DNA of 64,000 nucleotides from Ignavibacteriales bacterium (GTDB lineage Bacteria; Bacteroidota; Ignavibacteria; UBA10030; UBA6906). The position numbers were made by a program, and so were the translations under genes. This document shows positions 10,218 through 23,871 of this stretch, one piece after another. Location: contig JBBIRR010000018.1 of NCBI GenBank assembly GCA_037441705.1, positions 1 through 64,000 of the forward strand. The letters are read 5' to 3'. The notes under the pieces were generated by a model that saw nothing but the letters and a program-made list of their open reading frames with translations, searched no databases and was not told the origin of the DNA. Within the stretch, counting starts at the first letter, position 1. Each line of letters starts with the position of its first letter.

Positions 10218-12121
10218 ACATCGTAAAGAATCTCTTTTCGACTCCAACCGGCAACGCGGCGATTGTCTCTCTCGTTGTGTTTGTCGTGTACCTGAAGACT
10301 CTCGCACCGTCGGTCACGTTCATTGATAGCGGTGAGCTGGCGGCCGTTGCGTGTACACTCGGCATCGCTCACCCGACGGGGTATCCGTTATTCACACTCG
10401 TCGGTTGGGTCTTCTCCAGGTTACCGATCGCAGCAGATGAGATCGTCCGGCTCAACATCATGGCAGCAACGCTGTGCGCTGGAGGGGTTTTCTTCTTCTA
10501 TCACCTCGTTCATGGAATGCTGACAGGTGTCTTTGCCGGGAGTTCTGTGTTACGGTTCAAAAGGAAAGAGGTTTTGCCGTCGGCGATTCGTGTGGCGAGT
10601 GCTGCTGCGTCGCTGCTTCTGGCATTTTCGGAAACGTATTGGTCGCAGGCTGTGTCGGTGGAAGTGTACGCACTGCACGTCTTCTTCCTGTCGCTTGTAA
10701 CGTTCGCGTTTCTCCGCGCTGTGTATCACGGCGAGTGGTTCGCGGATGAGCCCGGCGCGTCCGCACGCTGGTGGTATCTGTTTGCTTTTGTTCTGGGGTT
10801 GAGTTTCACAAACCACATGACGACGATTCTGTTGGCGCCCGGCTTTCTCTATCTCTACTTTGCCTCGCAGGGTGTTGGGAGAGAAGCGTGGAAACGGGTA
10901 GGACGGCTGGTGCTCCCCTTCCTTCTCGGCTTTTCTGTTTATCTCTACCTGCCGTTGCGGGCGATGCAATCTCCGCTCCTCAACTGGGGAAATCCGGTGA
11001 CGCTGGAGAAGTTCTGGTGGCATTGGACGGGCAAGCAGTATCGGGTGTGGATTTTTTCCTCCACCGAAGCTGCAGGTCGTCAGCTAAAGTACTTTCTGGA
11101 ATCGCTGCCCTACGAGTTTGCATACATCGGCGTGCTGCTGGCAAGCCTCGGCATTGCTCTGTTGTGGCGCAGCAACAGACGTCTGGCGATAACGCTTCTG
11201 CTTCTCTTCTTTGGCTGCGTCTTCTATTCCATCAATTATGACATACACGACATTGATTCCTATTTTCTGCTTGCATACTTCTGCGTTGCCGTGGCAGCAG
11301 GTATCGGCCTCCTGTGGCTGTTCCGGTGGATCAGCGAAGAACTGGATGTGAGGGCAGCGTCGTTCACCGTCATTGCAGTAAGTTTGCTGCCATGTATCGT
11401 CCATTTCTCGCAGACAGATGAAACGAAGAACTATTTGGTCGAAGACTACACGACAAATATGTTCGCTTCGCTCCAGCCGAACGCGTTGGTGTTCTCGTTT
11501 CAATGGGATTTTTGGGTGTCTGCTTCGTACTACTATCAACACGTCAAAGGCGTGCGGCCGGATGTTGTTGTGGTGGATAAGGAGTTGCTGCGGCGTTCGT
11601 GGTACTTCAACCAGCTGGAGCAACAGCATCCTTGGTTGATAGAAAACTCACGCGCAGAAGTTCAGGCATTCCTCGCGGAGCTCGACAAGTTCGAGCATGA
11701 CAGGCCGTACAATCCTGCGGTGATTCAAGCACGGTTCGTCGAGATGATCAGGAGTTTCATGCTGAAGAACATGACAACGCGTCCTGTGTACGTGACAACG
11801 GAGATCGAACCCGAATTCACGACAGGGTTGCAGCGTGTGCCGGAAGGATTGGCGCTGCGCGTCTATGCCGATACTCTTCAGCATCAGATGCGGAATGTCG
11901 AGTTGAGGTACCGTCCATTTGAGCGGCAGGGCAGACTTGAAGATGCCGTGAGGAATCTTTACGCGACAGCGCTGAGCGCGAGAGGAATGTACGCATTACA
12001 ACGAGGGGATGTTGATTCGGCAGTGAGAACATTACGCAGGGCGTTGGAGTTCAACCCGCATTCGCGGGAGGTACTGCTCTTGTTGCGGCAGGCAGAACAA
12101 ATGAGGAAGCAGGGAGTGTGA
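10214..12121 (+). CDS. DUF2723 (TMEM260-like) GT-C membrane protein
   Basis: LAPSVTFIDSGE...LGIAHPTGYPLF and EVY motifs; ATGA overlap with glnE stop. Confidence 0.85.
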   Translation: MNIVKNLFSTPTGNAAIVSLVVFVVYLKTLAPSVTFIDSGELAAVACTLGIAHPTGYPLFTLVGWVFSRLPIAADEIVRLNIMAATLCAGGVFFFYHLVHGMLTGVFAGSSVLRFKRKEVLPSAIRVASAAASLLLAFSETYWSQAVSVEVYALHVFFLSLVTFAFLRAVYHGEWFADEPGASARWWYLFAFVLGLSFTNHMTTILLAPGFLYLYFASQGVGREAWKRVGRLVLPFLLGFSVYLYLPLRAMQSPLLNWGNPVTLEKFWWHWTGKQYRVWIFSSTEAAGRQLKYFLESLPYEFAYIGVLLASLGIALLWRSNRRLAITLLLLFFGCVFYSINYDIHDIDSYFLLAYFCVAVAAGIGLLWLFRWISEELDVRAASFTVIAVSLLPCIVHFSQTDETKNYLVEDYTTNMFASLQPNALVFSFQWDFWVSASYYYQHVKGVRPDVVVVDKELLRRSWYFNQLEQQHPWLIENSRAEVQAFLAELDKFEHDRPYNPAVIQARFVEMIRSFMLKNMTTRPVYVTTEIEPEFTTGLQRVPEGLALRVYADTLQHQMRNVELRYRPFERQGRLEDAVRNLYATALSARGMYALQRGDVDSAVRTLRRALEFNPHSREVLLLLRQAEQMRKQGV

Positions 12122-12301
12122 GTTGAAGGGCCGATATCATCATCGTTTTCCGGCGCATCCGTTGGCTTTGCTGGGTGAATTTCCAATGAAGGAAAATTAA
12201 CAGAAGGGTACTTGTTGAGAGGGGACGAAGTGCTTAGATTATACGTGACCTCTGACCGAGTTGCGGGGGAGCCATCCACTCAAAAAATTTTTCCTCCCTG
12301 C

Positions 12302-12330
12302 TTGACACAAATGTACCAGTTGAGTATATT
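12302..12330 (+). promoter_or_regulatory. Sigma70 promoter of rrn operon
   Basis: TTGACA-N17-TATATT preceded by an AT-rich tract. Confidence 0.8.
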
Positions 12331-12366
12331 ATAAGCCCGCAAAAATGCGGCACTCGGTACGAGTGG

Positions 12367-12378
12367 TGTTCTTTGAAA
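12367..12378 (+). promoter_or_regulatory. rrn leader boxA antiterminator (second copy at 14590-14600 in the spacer)
   Basis: TGTTCTTTGAAA in leader; TGTTCTTTGAC in ITS. Confidence 0.75.
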
Positions 12379-12503
12379 AATAGTGTGCATAGCCAAAGTC
12401 AAAACCTGGCAGAGTGAACAACCTTGGCTTAAGGACCTTGCCCTTCGAGGCAAGGCACTCAAAGCCAAGCATCAAACTCGACATTGAAAAGTTTGAATGA
12501 ACT

Positions 12504-14057
<1,554 letters not shown>

Positions 14058-14188
14058 AGTCTTCATCCCGCGCTCGCGCGGGTGAGACAACTTTGATTCT
14101 CCACCCTGCTCGGTAGCGACGTTTGTGCTGTGCACACTATTGTTTGTTCGATGTAGCCTGTGTTCTCCCCATCATCGTTGAATGACAT

Positions 14189-14262
<74 letters not shown>

Positions 14263-14347
14263 CTCCATTAGGCGGTGCGACGAAGGCTCTGCGTTTAGAA
14301 GGCATTCCTTCCATTCTTATCAATTTGGTTCGTATCGCCCGAGCTAC

Positions 14348-14420
14348 GGGGCTGTAGCTCAGCTGGGAGAGCGTCTGGTTTGCAACCAGAAGGTCAGGGG
14401 TTCGATCCCCCTCAGCTCCA
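14348..14420 (+). tRNA. tRNA-Ala (TGC)
   Basis: Cloverleaf, TCTGG-TTTGCAA-CCAGA, G3:U70 pair. Confidence 0.97.
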
Positions 14421-14439
14421 CAAAACGCGTGTTGGTCAT

Positions 14440-14514
14440 GGGCTTGTAGCTCAGCTGGGAGAGCGTGGCGCCTTTGGCGCCAAGGTCAGGGGTTCGATCC
14501 CCCTCAGCTCTCCA
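14440..14514 (+). pseudogene. tRNA-like element: tRNA-Ala duplicate with replaced anticodon arm
   Basis: D arm, variable loop and T arm identical to adjacent tRNA-Ala; anticodon arm is TGGCGCC-TTT-GGCGCCA (no U33); imperfect acceptor stem ending TCCA. Confidence 0.8.
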
Positions 14515-14795
14515 GCGCAACAGCGCGTTACCCGCCAAGCGGCGGACATCCACGCTCGGCGTGGATGCGGTTGGTTTCAATCAGCCGGCTGTTCTTTGAC
14601 ATACAGGAAGAGTATCGTTAGAAGCGATGCAAGTAGTTTTCGCCCGGCTCAGGTCGAGCGAAGAACAAACGCACCAAATCTAACATCACAAGCAACAAAG
14701 TATCCAACGTAGTAAATGTTTTTCCGTAATCTTATTGATGCACCTGAATCCCGACGAATGTCGGGAAGGCAGGATCCGAATCAAGAAAGATTTTT

Positions 14796-17875
<3,080 letters not shown>

Positions 17876-18049
17876 AAGTTTTTGTTGATGCGGAACTGCT
17901 CTTCTCCGACATGCTCTCATCGTCATCGAGGGCCGCGCGGATGAGGGTGCATCAATAAGCTTATGGAAGAGCACAAATAATCAACGTGATGATCGCCTGT
18001 GCGCTTCAACGCGCAGGGCGCTCGATACTCTTCCTCTGTTGTAGAAAAC

Positions 18050-18167
18050 TTCTGGTGACCATAGCGGAGGTGTTACACCCGATCCCATTCCGAACTCGGC
18101 AGTTAAGCCCTCCAGCGCCGATGGTACTGCACTGGCGACGGTGCGGGAGAGTAGGTCGTTGCCAGAG
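18050..18167 (+). rRNA. rrf: 5S rRNA
   Basis: CCCATTCCGAAC, GCCGATGGTACTG, GGGAGAGTAGGTCGTTGCCAG. Confidence 0.97.
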
Positions 18168-18174
18168 TTACTGT

Positions 18175-18214
18175 GAATCCCGTCTTGACGAAAGTTGAGA
18201 CGGGATTCTTGTTT
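18175..18214 (+). terminator. rrn terminator T1
   Basis: GAATCCCGTCTTGAC-GAAA-GTTGAGACGGGATTC followed by TTGTTT. Confidence 0.85.
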
Positions 18215-18336
18215 CTGCCCCGCCACTCAAAACCAACACAGTCCCATCTCGTGGCTCAAGCTTCTCATTCTGCGCATCAGAGGGCATCGCTCAAAGCGCT
18301 CGATGAGGGAGTGGCGCCTGCGGCGCCATGAAATCC

Positions 18337-18398
18337 GGTCGTTGCCAGAGTTACTGTGAATCCCGCCTTCGCGAAAGTTGAGGCGGAATTCTTTTTTT
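18337..18398 (+). repeat. Direct repeat of 5S 3' end plus terminator (T2)
   Basis: GGTCGTTGCCAGAGTTACTGTGAATCCCG repeats 18154-18182 exactly, then a variant hairpin and T7. Confidence 0.9.
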
Positions 18399-18472
18399 GT
18401 TCTCAACCCCCAAAAACATCAAAGCCCGATCTCGTTTATCGGGCTTTGTGCCACCTGGTGTCTGACCTCGAG

Positions 18473-18823
18473 CTACTTCTGCATCATCTTCTCATGGAAC
18501 GAGCGGATCTGTTCGCGCGTAAACTTCCCCACCTTTATGAGCTTGACTTGCGACAACCCCGCGGGAAGCATTGCGCGAGCGGCTGCTTCATCGTTTGCTT
18601 CGATCACCGCGTAGCCCGCATGGTCTCCATACATGCATCCCCAGTCAAACATCGCAAGCATCTTCTCCCCTTTGGCATTCACCTTATCGAGATCGCTCAG
18701 GCACGATTCGGGGGTGTGGTTTACGATGACGAGAAAGCGCTGCCCCTTCGCTGAAGCGGACGACGGACTGATTGCCGTCGCAAACGCGAGGGCGAGAACG
18801 ATAGAGATGATCCGCGCAAGCAT
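18473..18823 (-). CDS. Small exported hypothetical protein
   Basis: Signal peptide (ASA|KGQ), strong AGGAGG RBS; HTPESC and WGCMYGDH motifs. Confidence 0.8.
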   Translation of the reverse strand: MLARIISIVLALAFATAISPSSASAKGQRFLVIVNHTPESCLSDLDKVNAKGEKMLAMFDWGCMYGDHAGYAVIEANDEAAARAMLPAGLSQVKLIKVGKFTREQIRSFHEKMMQK

Positions 18824-18941
18824 ATTTGATCCTCCTTTCCCTCTTAATGAACAAGTTTGTTTGGAGTAACGGGAACAATATACTCAAGAGACGCCCTCTC
18901 ACTCAATCGCACGATGATGTGATTGCAAGGATTCGCCCGGT

Positions 18942-19583
18942 TCAATGGCGTGACTTTTCCGAGCGGAGGGCGAGCGCGATTGCCTGTGCTTTGGAGTTAA
19001 CGTGAAGCTTCTCGTAGATGTGCTTGATGTGCGATCGAACGGTATCAATGCTGATGTAGAGCTGGGCCGCGATCATCTTGTAGCTGAGACCTTCGACGAG
19101 AGCTTTGAGCACCTCTTCCTCGCGTCGCGAAAGCTGGCGGGAAAGCTGCGACGTTGGTGACGTCCCCCGAAACATCTCCAGCACCCGGCGCGCGACTTTC
19201 GGTGTCATGGGCGCGCCGCCGCGGCGAATGTCGAGAATTGCCTGTAGGATTTGCTCCGGGGGAGTCTTCTTGAGCAAATATCCCGACGCCCCTGCGCACA
19301 CAGCTTCAAAGATGCGCTTGTCGTCGTCGTACACCGTGAGCATCAGCACCTCCGCCGTGGGGAGTGCCTCCTTCAAGTGAGGAAGCGCCTCGACGCCCGA
19401 CATTCCCGGCAGGCCGATATCCATCAACACCACTTCGGGCTTGCAGGTCTGAAGCTGATCCAGCAGCGCCTCCGCATCGGCAAATTCCCCCACACACACA
19501 AGGCCCTGCGCACTGTCAATCAGTTGCGTCAGACTTGTCCTGAGGGCGGCATTGTCTTCAACGATGGCAACGGGTATTTTCAT
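18942..19583 (-). CDS. NarL/LuxR-family response regulator
   Basis: IVED, LMDIGLPGMSG, GYLLK, LuxR HTH (LSRREEEVL...IYEKLHV). Confidence 0.95.
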   Translation of the reverse strand: MKIPVAIVEDNAALRTSLTQLIDSAQGLVCVGEFADAEALLDQLQTCKPEVVLMDIGLPGMSGVEALPHLKEALPTAEVLMLTVYDDDKRIFEAVCAGASGYLLKKTPPEQILQAILDIRRGGAPMTPKVARRVLEMFRGTSPTSQLSRQLSRREEEVLKALVEGLSYKMIAAQLYISIDTVRSHIKHIYEKLHVNSKAQAIALALRSEKSRH

Positions 19584-19627
19584 ACGCAATAATATGAGAG
19601 ATTGAAAAGACCGGCACAATCACATCA

Positions 19628-22615
19628 TTATGTGAACGGGGTAATCAGGTGAACGGTCGTTCCCTTTCCCGGCGCGGACGCAATCGAAAGCTGAGCGCCC
19701 AACGCAGCGGCGCGCCGATGCATATTGCGGAGGCCGTCGCCGGTCGATCGTGCGTTGGGGTCAAACCCTCTACCGTTGTCTCGCACGGTGAGGGCTACCG
19801 TCTGTGCGCGCAGCTCCAGGCGGATTTCCGCTTCTGTGCATCCTGAGTGTCTTGCAATGTTGTTCACTGCCTCTTTGAAAATGAGGTACAGATGTCCCCG
19901 CTTTTCCATAGGGATCGTCATACCGTTGGTGTTTTCGGGGAAGGTCGCGGTGTACGCGATACCGCGATGTTCCATGGCATCGGCGACAAATGTTTTCATC
20001 CGCAACAGAATTTCATCGAGTGAGTCGTTTGCGGGATTGATGGCCCACACGATGTCGTCGAGGCGTTCCAGCATGGCGCGGGCATTGGCGTTGATCCGCG
20101 TGAGGACCTCCGATGCGCGTGAGCCGTTGGTTGCCATCTCCTTTCGGGCCACTTCACTGGCAATGGCGATGCTGCTGAGCGTTGAGCCGACGTCATCATG
20201 CAGGTCGGCGGCGATGCGCAATCGGACTCGCTCAAACGCAAGTGCCTGCTGGAGCCGGTAGCGATGCACGAGCCAGAGGAGTGTTGCAACGACCATCGCA
20301 GCGCTCACCACAAACCATCCTTGCGCCCACAACGGTGCATCGACGGTGAAACGGAACGTTGCCGGTGCTGCACTCCAGACGCCATCACCGTTACGTGCGG
20401 CAACCTTGAATCGGTACTCTCCCGGCGGCAAGTGGGTATAGTGAACGTACCGCCGATCGGTCATCGCCGACCACGTCGAATCGAACCCTTCGAGAGTGTA
20501 GCGATACTGCACGCGTGCTTCATCGCGGAACGAGAGTCCGACAAAATCAAACGCAATCGATTGGTGCTGATAGGGAAGTTTCTTCTGCATCGTGCGGAGC
20601 GCGGCGGTATCTTCCTGCCCCGAGACCACAACCCGCGTAATGTACACGCTCGGCGGCACCGAAGGCGGCATATCTTCCGCAGGTTCGTATCGCGTCACGC
20701 CGTTGTAGGTGGCAAACCAGAGAAATCCGTTGACGTCTTCGTACACTGCGTTGACGCCTTCACCGGCGAGGCCATCGAACACGGTCAGTGTGCGGACTTC
20801 CGGAATCGCAGCATCGGGTGAGGAAAACGTGAGCCGATTTGCGCCGCGACTTGTGGCAAGCCACACGTCCCCTTTCCGATCTTCTACAATCCCGTTCACC
20901 CAATTGCTTGCCAGACCGTCTGCCGTCGTGTAGGATCGAATGGAGGCAATGCGGCGATCCTGCAGGACAATTCTTATCGCTCCGCCGAAGCGTGTGCCGA
21001 ACCAGAGCTGCCCATCGCGTGTCCTCCAGGCACAGCGAATCTGCTCATCCTTCAACCCGTCGGCAACGCCGATGCGTTGCTTTAGCTGCAGCGTCGGTGT
21101 GCCATGACGCTCTCGCGCAGAGACTTCGAAGCGAAGGACTCCCTTGCTGTGCAATCCCACCCACAAATCACCCGCGGCATCTCGAACAATCCCCGCGACG
21201 AGCCGCGCTCCGTACTCCCCTTCGATCGGGTAGGAAAGAAACTTGTCATGACGATACAGGCTCACGCCTTCATCGGAGCCGAACCAGAGATTGCCCTCGT
21301 CGTCTTGATAGATGGCCCGAACGCGATTCGGTTTGTGGTTGCGTTCTGCCCAGCCTTCGCGCGGGCCATAGGAGCGAAACCGTTGGCGCTGCGGCTGAAA
21401 CTTGCTGGGTCCTGCCTCCGTTCCGCACCAGAGCGTGCCCGCAGCATCAGTGAAGACGGTGAGAATGTAATTGCTCGCGAGACCATCCCGCGTCGTAAAC
21501 GTCCGCATTTTTTCATTGTCAAGGCGAGCAACGCCGAATCGCGTTCCAAACCACATTGCCCCGGTTTCATCTCTCGATGCTGCTGTGGCCGCATAGTCTG
21601 GAAGCCCATACGCTCGCGTGTAGGTGACGAGGTGTTCGTTAATCAGTTTGCTAAGACCGGTCGTGGTGCCGAACCAGAGGTTTCCCTCGCGATCGCGATA
21701 GAGCGCTCTCACGCCGCTTCCTGCAAGTCCGTTGGTCTCGTCGAGGACCGTCAGCATTCCGTCGCGCGTAAATCGGACGACACCCCTATCGTCCAGCCCG
21801 ATCCACAACGTGTTGTCGGGATCGACCAGCAGCGCGCGAATCGGCTGCTTCTGCAGGTAGCGCATCAAGCCCTCTTTCTGCCACGGCTGCTTCGTTGTTA
21901 TTGTGGGAGAAAGAAGAAGACCCGAAGTAGTTCCCACCCAGAGGAGGCCGGTGCGGTCGCATGCGAGCGCCTGTACTTCGATCTTCTCAAGAACACGTTC
22001 GAGATGCCAGAGTGTGCCGGTCTGCACGACTCTCATCAAACCGCCGGTTGTGCCGACCCATACTGTTTTGCTGCTGTCTTCGGCCAGTGTCAGCGCCTGG
22101 ACTTCTGTGTCGAGCGCGACAAATCTGGAGTCATGAAAGAAAAGCACCCCGGCATCCGTGGCAACCCACAGCCGAGATCGAGAATCAATCAAGAGTTTGT
22201 TGACACGATTGGATGCTGCCGGCGGGGATTCGGGGGAAGGAAGGAAGTTTGTGAAGCGACGATCGTGATAGCGACTGATGCCGGCAAAATTCGTCGCTAT
22301 CCAGAGAGCGCCGGTGCTGTCTGCGATGATATCGTTGATGAAGTCGCTGGGCAGGCCGTCTGCAGTGGTGAAGTGGGTAAACGCGGCACCGTCGTAGCGG
22401 TCCAGGCCGTCGCTTGTCGCGAACCACATCCAGCCGCCGGCATCTTGGTGAATTGCGCGTATGCTGCTTCTCACCAGGCCGTCTTTGACCGAGTAATTAC
22501 GGACGGCGAGATGTTGAGCCAGCAGGACGGGCGCTCCAAGCGTGAGGGTTATCGCTCCTACAACGCTTATCGCGGTGGAACGCGATCTGAACAAATCAAA
22601 GAACTCATCCGGCAT
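19628..22615 (-). CDS. Sensor histidine kinase (beta-propeller repeats, Y_Y_Y, HisKA_3, HATPase)
   Basis: Repeated D..G.LWFGT propeller motifs, YRYTLEGFD, IAADLHDDVGS, KEAVNN, DNGRGF; start uncertain. Confidence 0.92.
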   Translation of the reverse strand: MPDEFFDLFRSRSTAISVVGAITLTLGAPVLLAQHLAVRNYSVKDGLVRSSIRAIHQDAGGWMWFATSDGLDRYDGAAFTHFTTADGLPSDFINDIIADSTGALWIATNFAGISRYHDRRFTNFLPSPESPPAASNRVNKLLIDSRSRLWVATDAGVLFFHDSRFVALDTEVQALTLAEDSSKTVWVGTTGGLMRVVQTGTLWHLERVLEKIEVQALACDRTGLLWVGTTSGLLLSPTITTKQPWQKEGLMRYLQKQPIRALLVDPDNTLWIGLDDRGVVRFTRDGMLTVLDETNGLAGSGVRALYRDREGNLWFGTTTGLSKLINEHLVTYTRAYGLPDYAATAASRDETGAMWFGTRFGVARLDNEKMRTFTTRDGLASNYILTVFTDAAGTLWCGTEAGPSKFQPQRQRFRSYGPREGWAERNHKPNRVRAIYQDDEGNLWFGSDEGVSLYRHDKFLSYPIEGEYGARLVAGIVRDAAGDLWVGLHSKGVLRFEVSARERHGTPTLQLKQRIGVADGLKDEQIRCAWRTRDGQLWFGTRFGGAIRIVLQDRRIASIRSYTTADGLASNWVNGIVEDRKGDVWLATSRGANRLTFSSPDAAIPEVRTLTVFDGLAGEGVNAVYEDVNGFLWFATYNGVTRYEPAEDMPPSVPPSVYITRVVVSGQEDTAALRTMQKKLPYQHQSIAFDFVGLSFRDEARVQYRYTLEGFDSTWSAMTDRRYVHYTHLPPGEYRFKVAARNGDGVWSAAPATFRFTVDAPLWAQGWFVVSAAMVVATLLWLVHRYRLQQALAFERVRLRIAADLHDDVGSTLSSIAIASEVARKEMATNGSRASEVLTRINANARAMLERLDDIVWAINPANDSLDEILLRMKTFVADAMEHRGIAYTATFPENTNGMTIPMEKRGHLYLIFKEAVNNIARHSGCTEAEIRLELRAQTVALTVRDNGRGFDPNARSTGDGLRNMHRRAAALGAQLSIASAPGKGTTVHLITPFT

Positions 22616-22798
22616 TGTCGCCACGGGTAATATGGCATCTCTGCGCCGCAACCGCCGCACAAACGTGCGGCGCGCGCAGATGAATCTACGACGGGATGGG
22701 ATGATTATCAAGCGTTCGGTCAGATCGGCCCCGCGCATTGCGCGAACTCCCATCAGTAGCATGAATCATTCGTGAAAGGAGTCCGCACAACGCACGAC

Positions 22799-23794
22799 TC
22801 AAGCGAGAATCGGCTCCTTCTCCGGACTGGTGGTCGTCGTTTCATCCATTTCCTCACCTGAGTGGTACGCCTTCATGACCTGCTGCAATCCTTCTCGGAA
22901 TGTTGGATAGTGCGGCGCCCACCCCAGGCCTTCCTTTGCGGCTTGGTTGGATGCGCGAAGAGAGATCTGCATGAACTTCACAGCATCCTTGCCCGTAACG
23001 ATCTTCGCAACACCCGACGGAATGGAACGCGGGCTCGGCGCGCCGACCATTTCAGCAATCGTCAGGAACAACTCCTTGATCGTTACAGGACGATCGTCCA
23101 CAATGTTGTAGGCGCGTCCGGTGTTTGTCTCATACCGTTCCACCGCCTGCACGACTGCCGCTGCGGCGTCGTCGAGATGAATGAGGTTCCAGACTGCATC
23201 ACCCTTTCCCAGCATGGGAATGCTTCTGTTCCGTATCCCTTCGATGAGCGAGACGGTGTTCTGCGCGCCGGGACCGTAGAAGCCGCCGAACCGCAGCGTG
23301 ATGGACGGCAGGCCGTCGTTCCGGACATGGCGCTCAATGATCCGCTCCATCTCCAACGCTGATTGGAGTGTGTATGGGAGGTCGTGGCCGAGAGCAACGC
23401 TTTCATCCACCTTCGCCCCATCGTAGCGAGCGTACAGATGGACGATACTCTCCTGCACGTACACGCGCACACGGTTTTCGAGCGCTGCGCGTATCAGGTT
23501 TTGCGTACCCTTCGTCCGCAGCAGATCGTTCATCACCCAATCTTTCTTTCGCGGTCGCGGAGATTTGGGAATGCTTGTAGCAAGATGGAGCACAGCGTCA
23601 TGGCCGGCGACATGGTGTGTCATGGCCTTTGGATCGAAGATGTCCGCGCGCGCAATCCGCGCCCCCATCGAGCGCAGGAGTTCCTCGTTCTCTGTACTGC
23701 GGGCAAGTCCCGTTACGTCGTGACCACGCGCGATGAGCCTTCGAACCACGCGGCGGCCTAACACCCCCGTTGCCCCGGCAATGAATATGTTCAT
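22799..23794 (-). CDS. NAD-dependent epimerase/dehydratase family oxidoreductase
   Basis: IFIAGATGVLG Rossmann motif, LRFGGFYGPG, IHLDDAA. Confidence 0.9.
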   Translation of the reverse strand: MNIFIAGATGVLGRRVVRRLIARGHDVTGLARSTENEELLRSMGARIARADIFDPKAMTHHVAGHDAVLHLATSIPKSPRPRKKDWVMNDLLRTKGTQNLIRAALENRVRVYVQESIVHLYARYDGAKVDESVALGHDLPYTLQSALEMERIIERHVRNDGLPSITLRFGGFYGPGAQNTVSLIEGIRNRSIPMLGKGDAVWNLIHLDDAAAAVVQAVERYETNTGRAYNIVDDRPVTIKELFLTIAEMVGAPSPRSIPSGVAKIVTGKDAVKFMQISLRASNQAAKEGLGWAPHYPTFREGLQQVMKAYHSGEEMDETTTTSPEKEPILA

Positions 23795-23837
23795 AGTGTA
23801 TCCTCGATGCGTTCAACAATGGTGGTTTCACTATGAA

Positions 23838-23864
23838 GACAAGTCGAGAGGCGAAAACGTGACA
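23838..23864 (-). promoter_or_regulatory. Putative ECF41 target promoter
   Basis: TGTCACG-N16-TGTC upstream of the epimerase, close to the ECF41 consensus TGTCACA-N16-(C/T)GTC. Confidence 0.65.
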
Positions 23865-23871
23865 ACAGCGA

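Noticed and set aside
14440-14514. Functional tRNA-Lys(TTT)
   Set aside because: C at position 33, loop bases pair to leave a triloop, body is Ala-derived and the acceptor stem is defective
18356-18754. 132-aa plus-strand ORF
   Set aside because: Starts in the terminator and is antisense to the better-supported 18473-18823 gene
21104-22630. 508-aa plus-strand ORF
   Set aside because: Antisense shadow of the histidine kinase with no motifs; the same applies to 4174-5529, 50011-51099, 56303-57331 and other long overlapping ORFs in this GC-rich DNA
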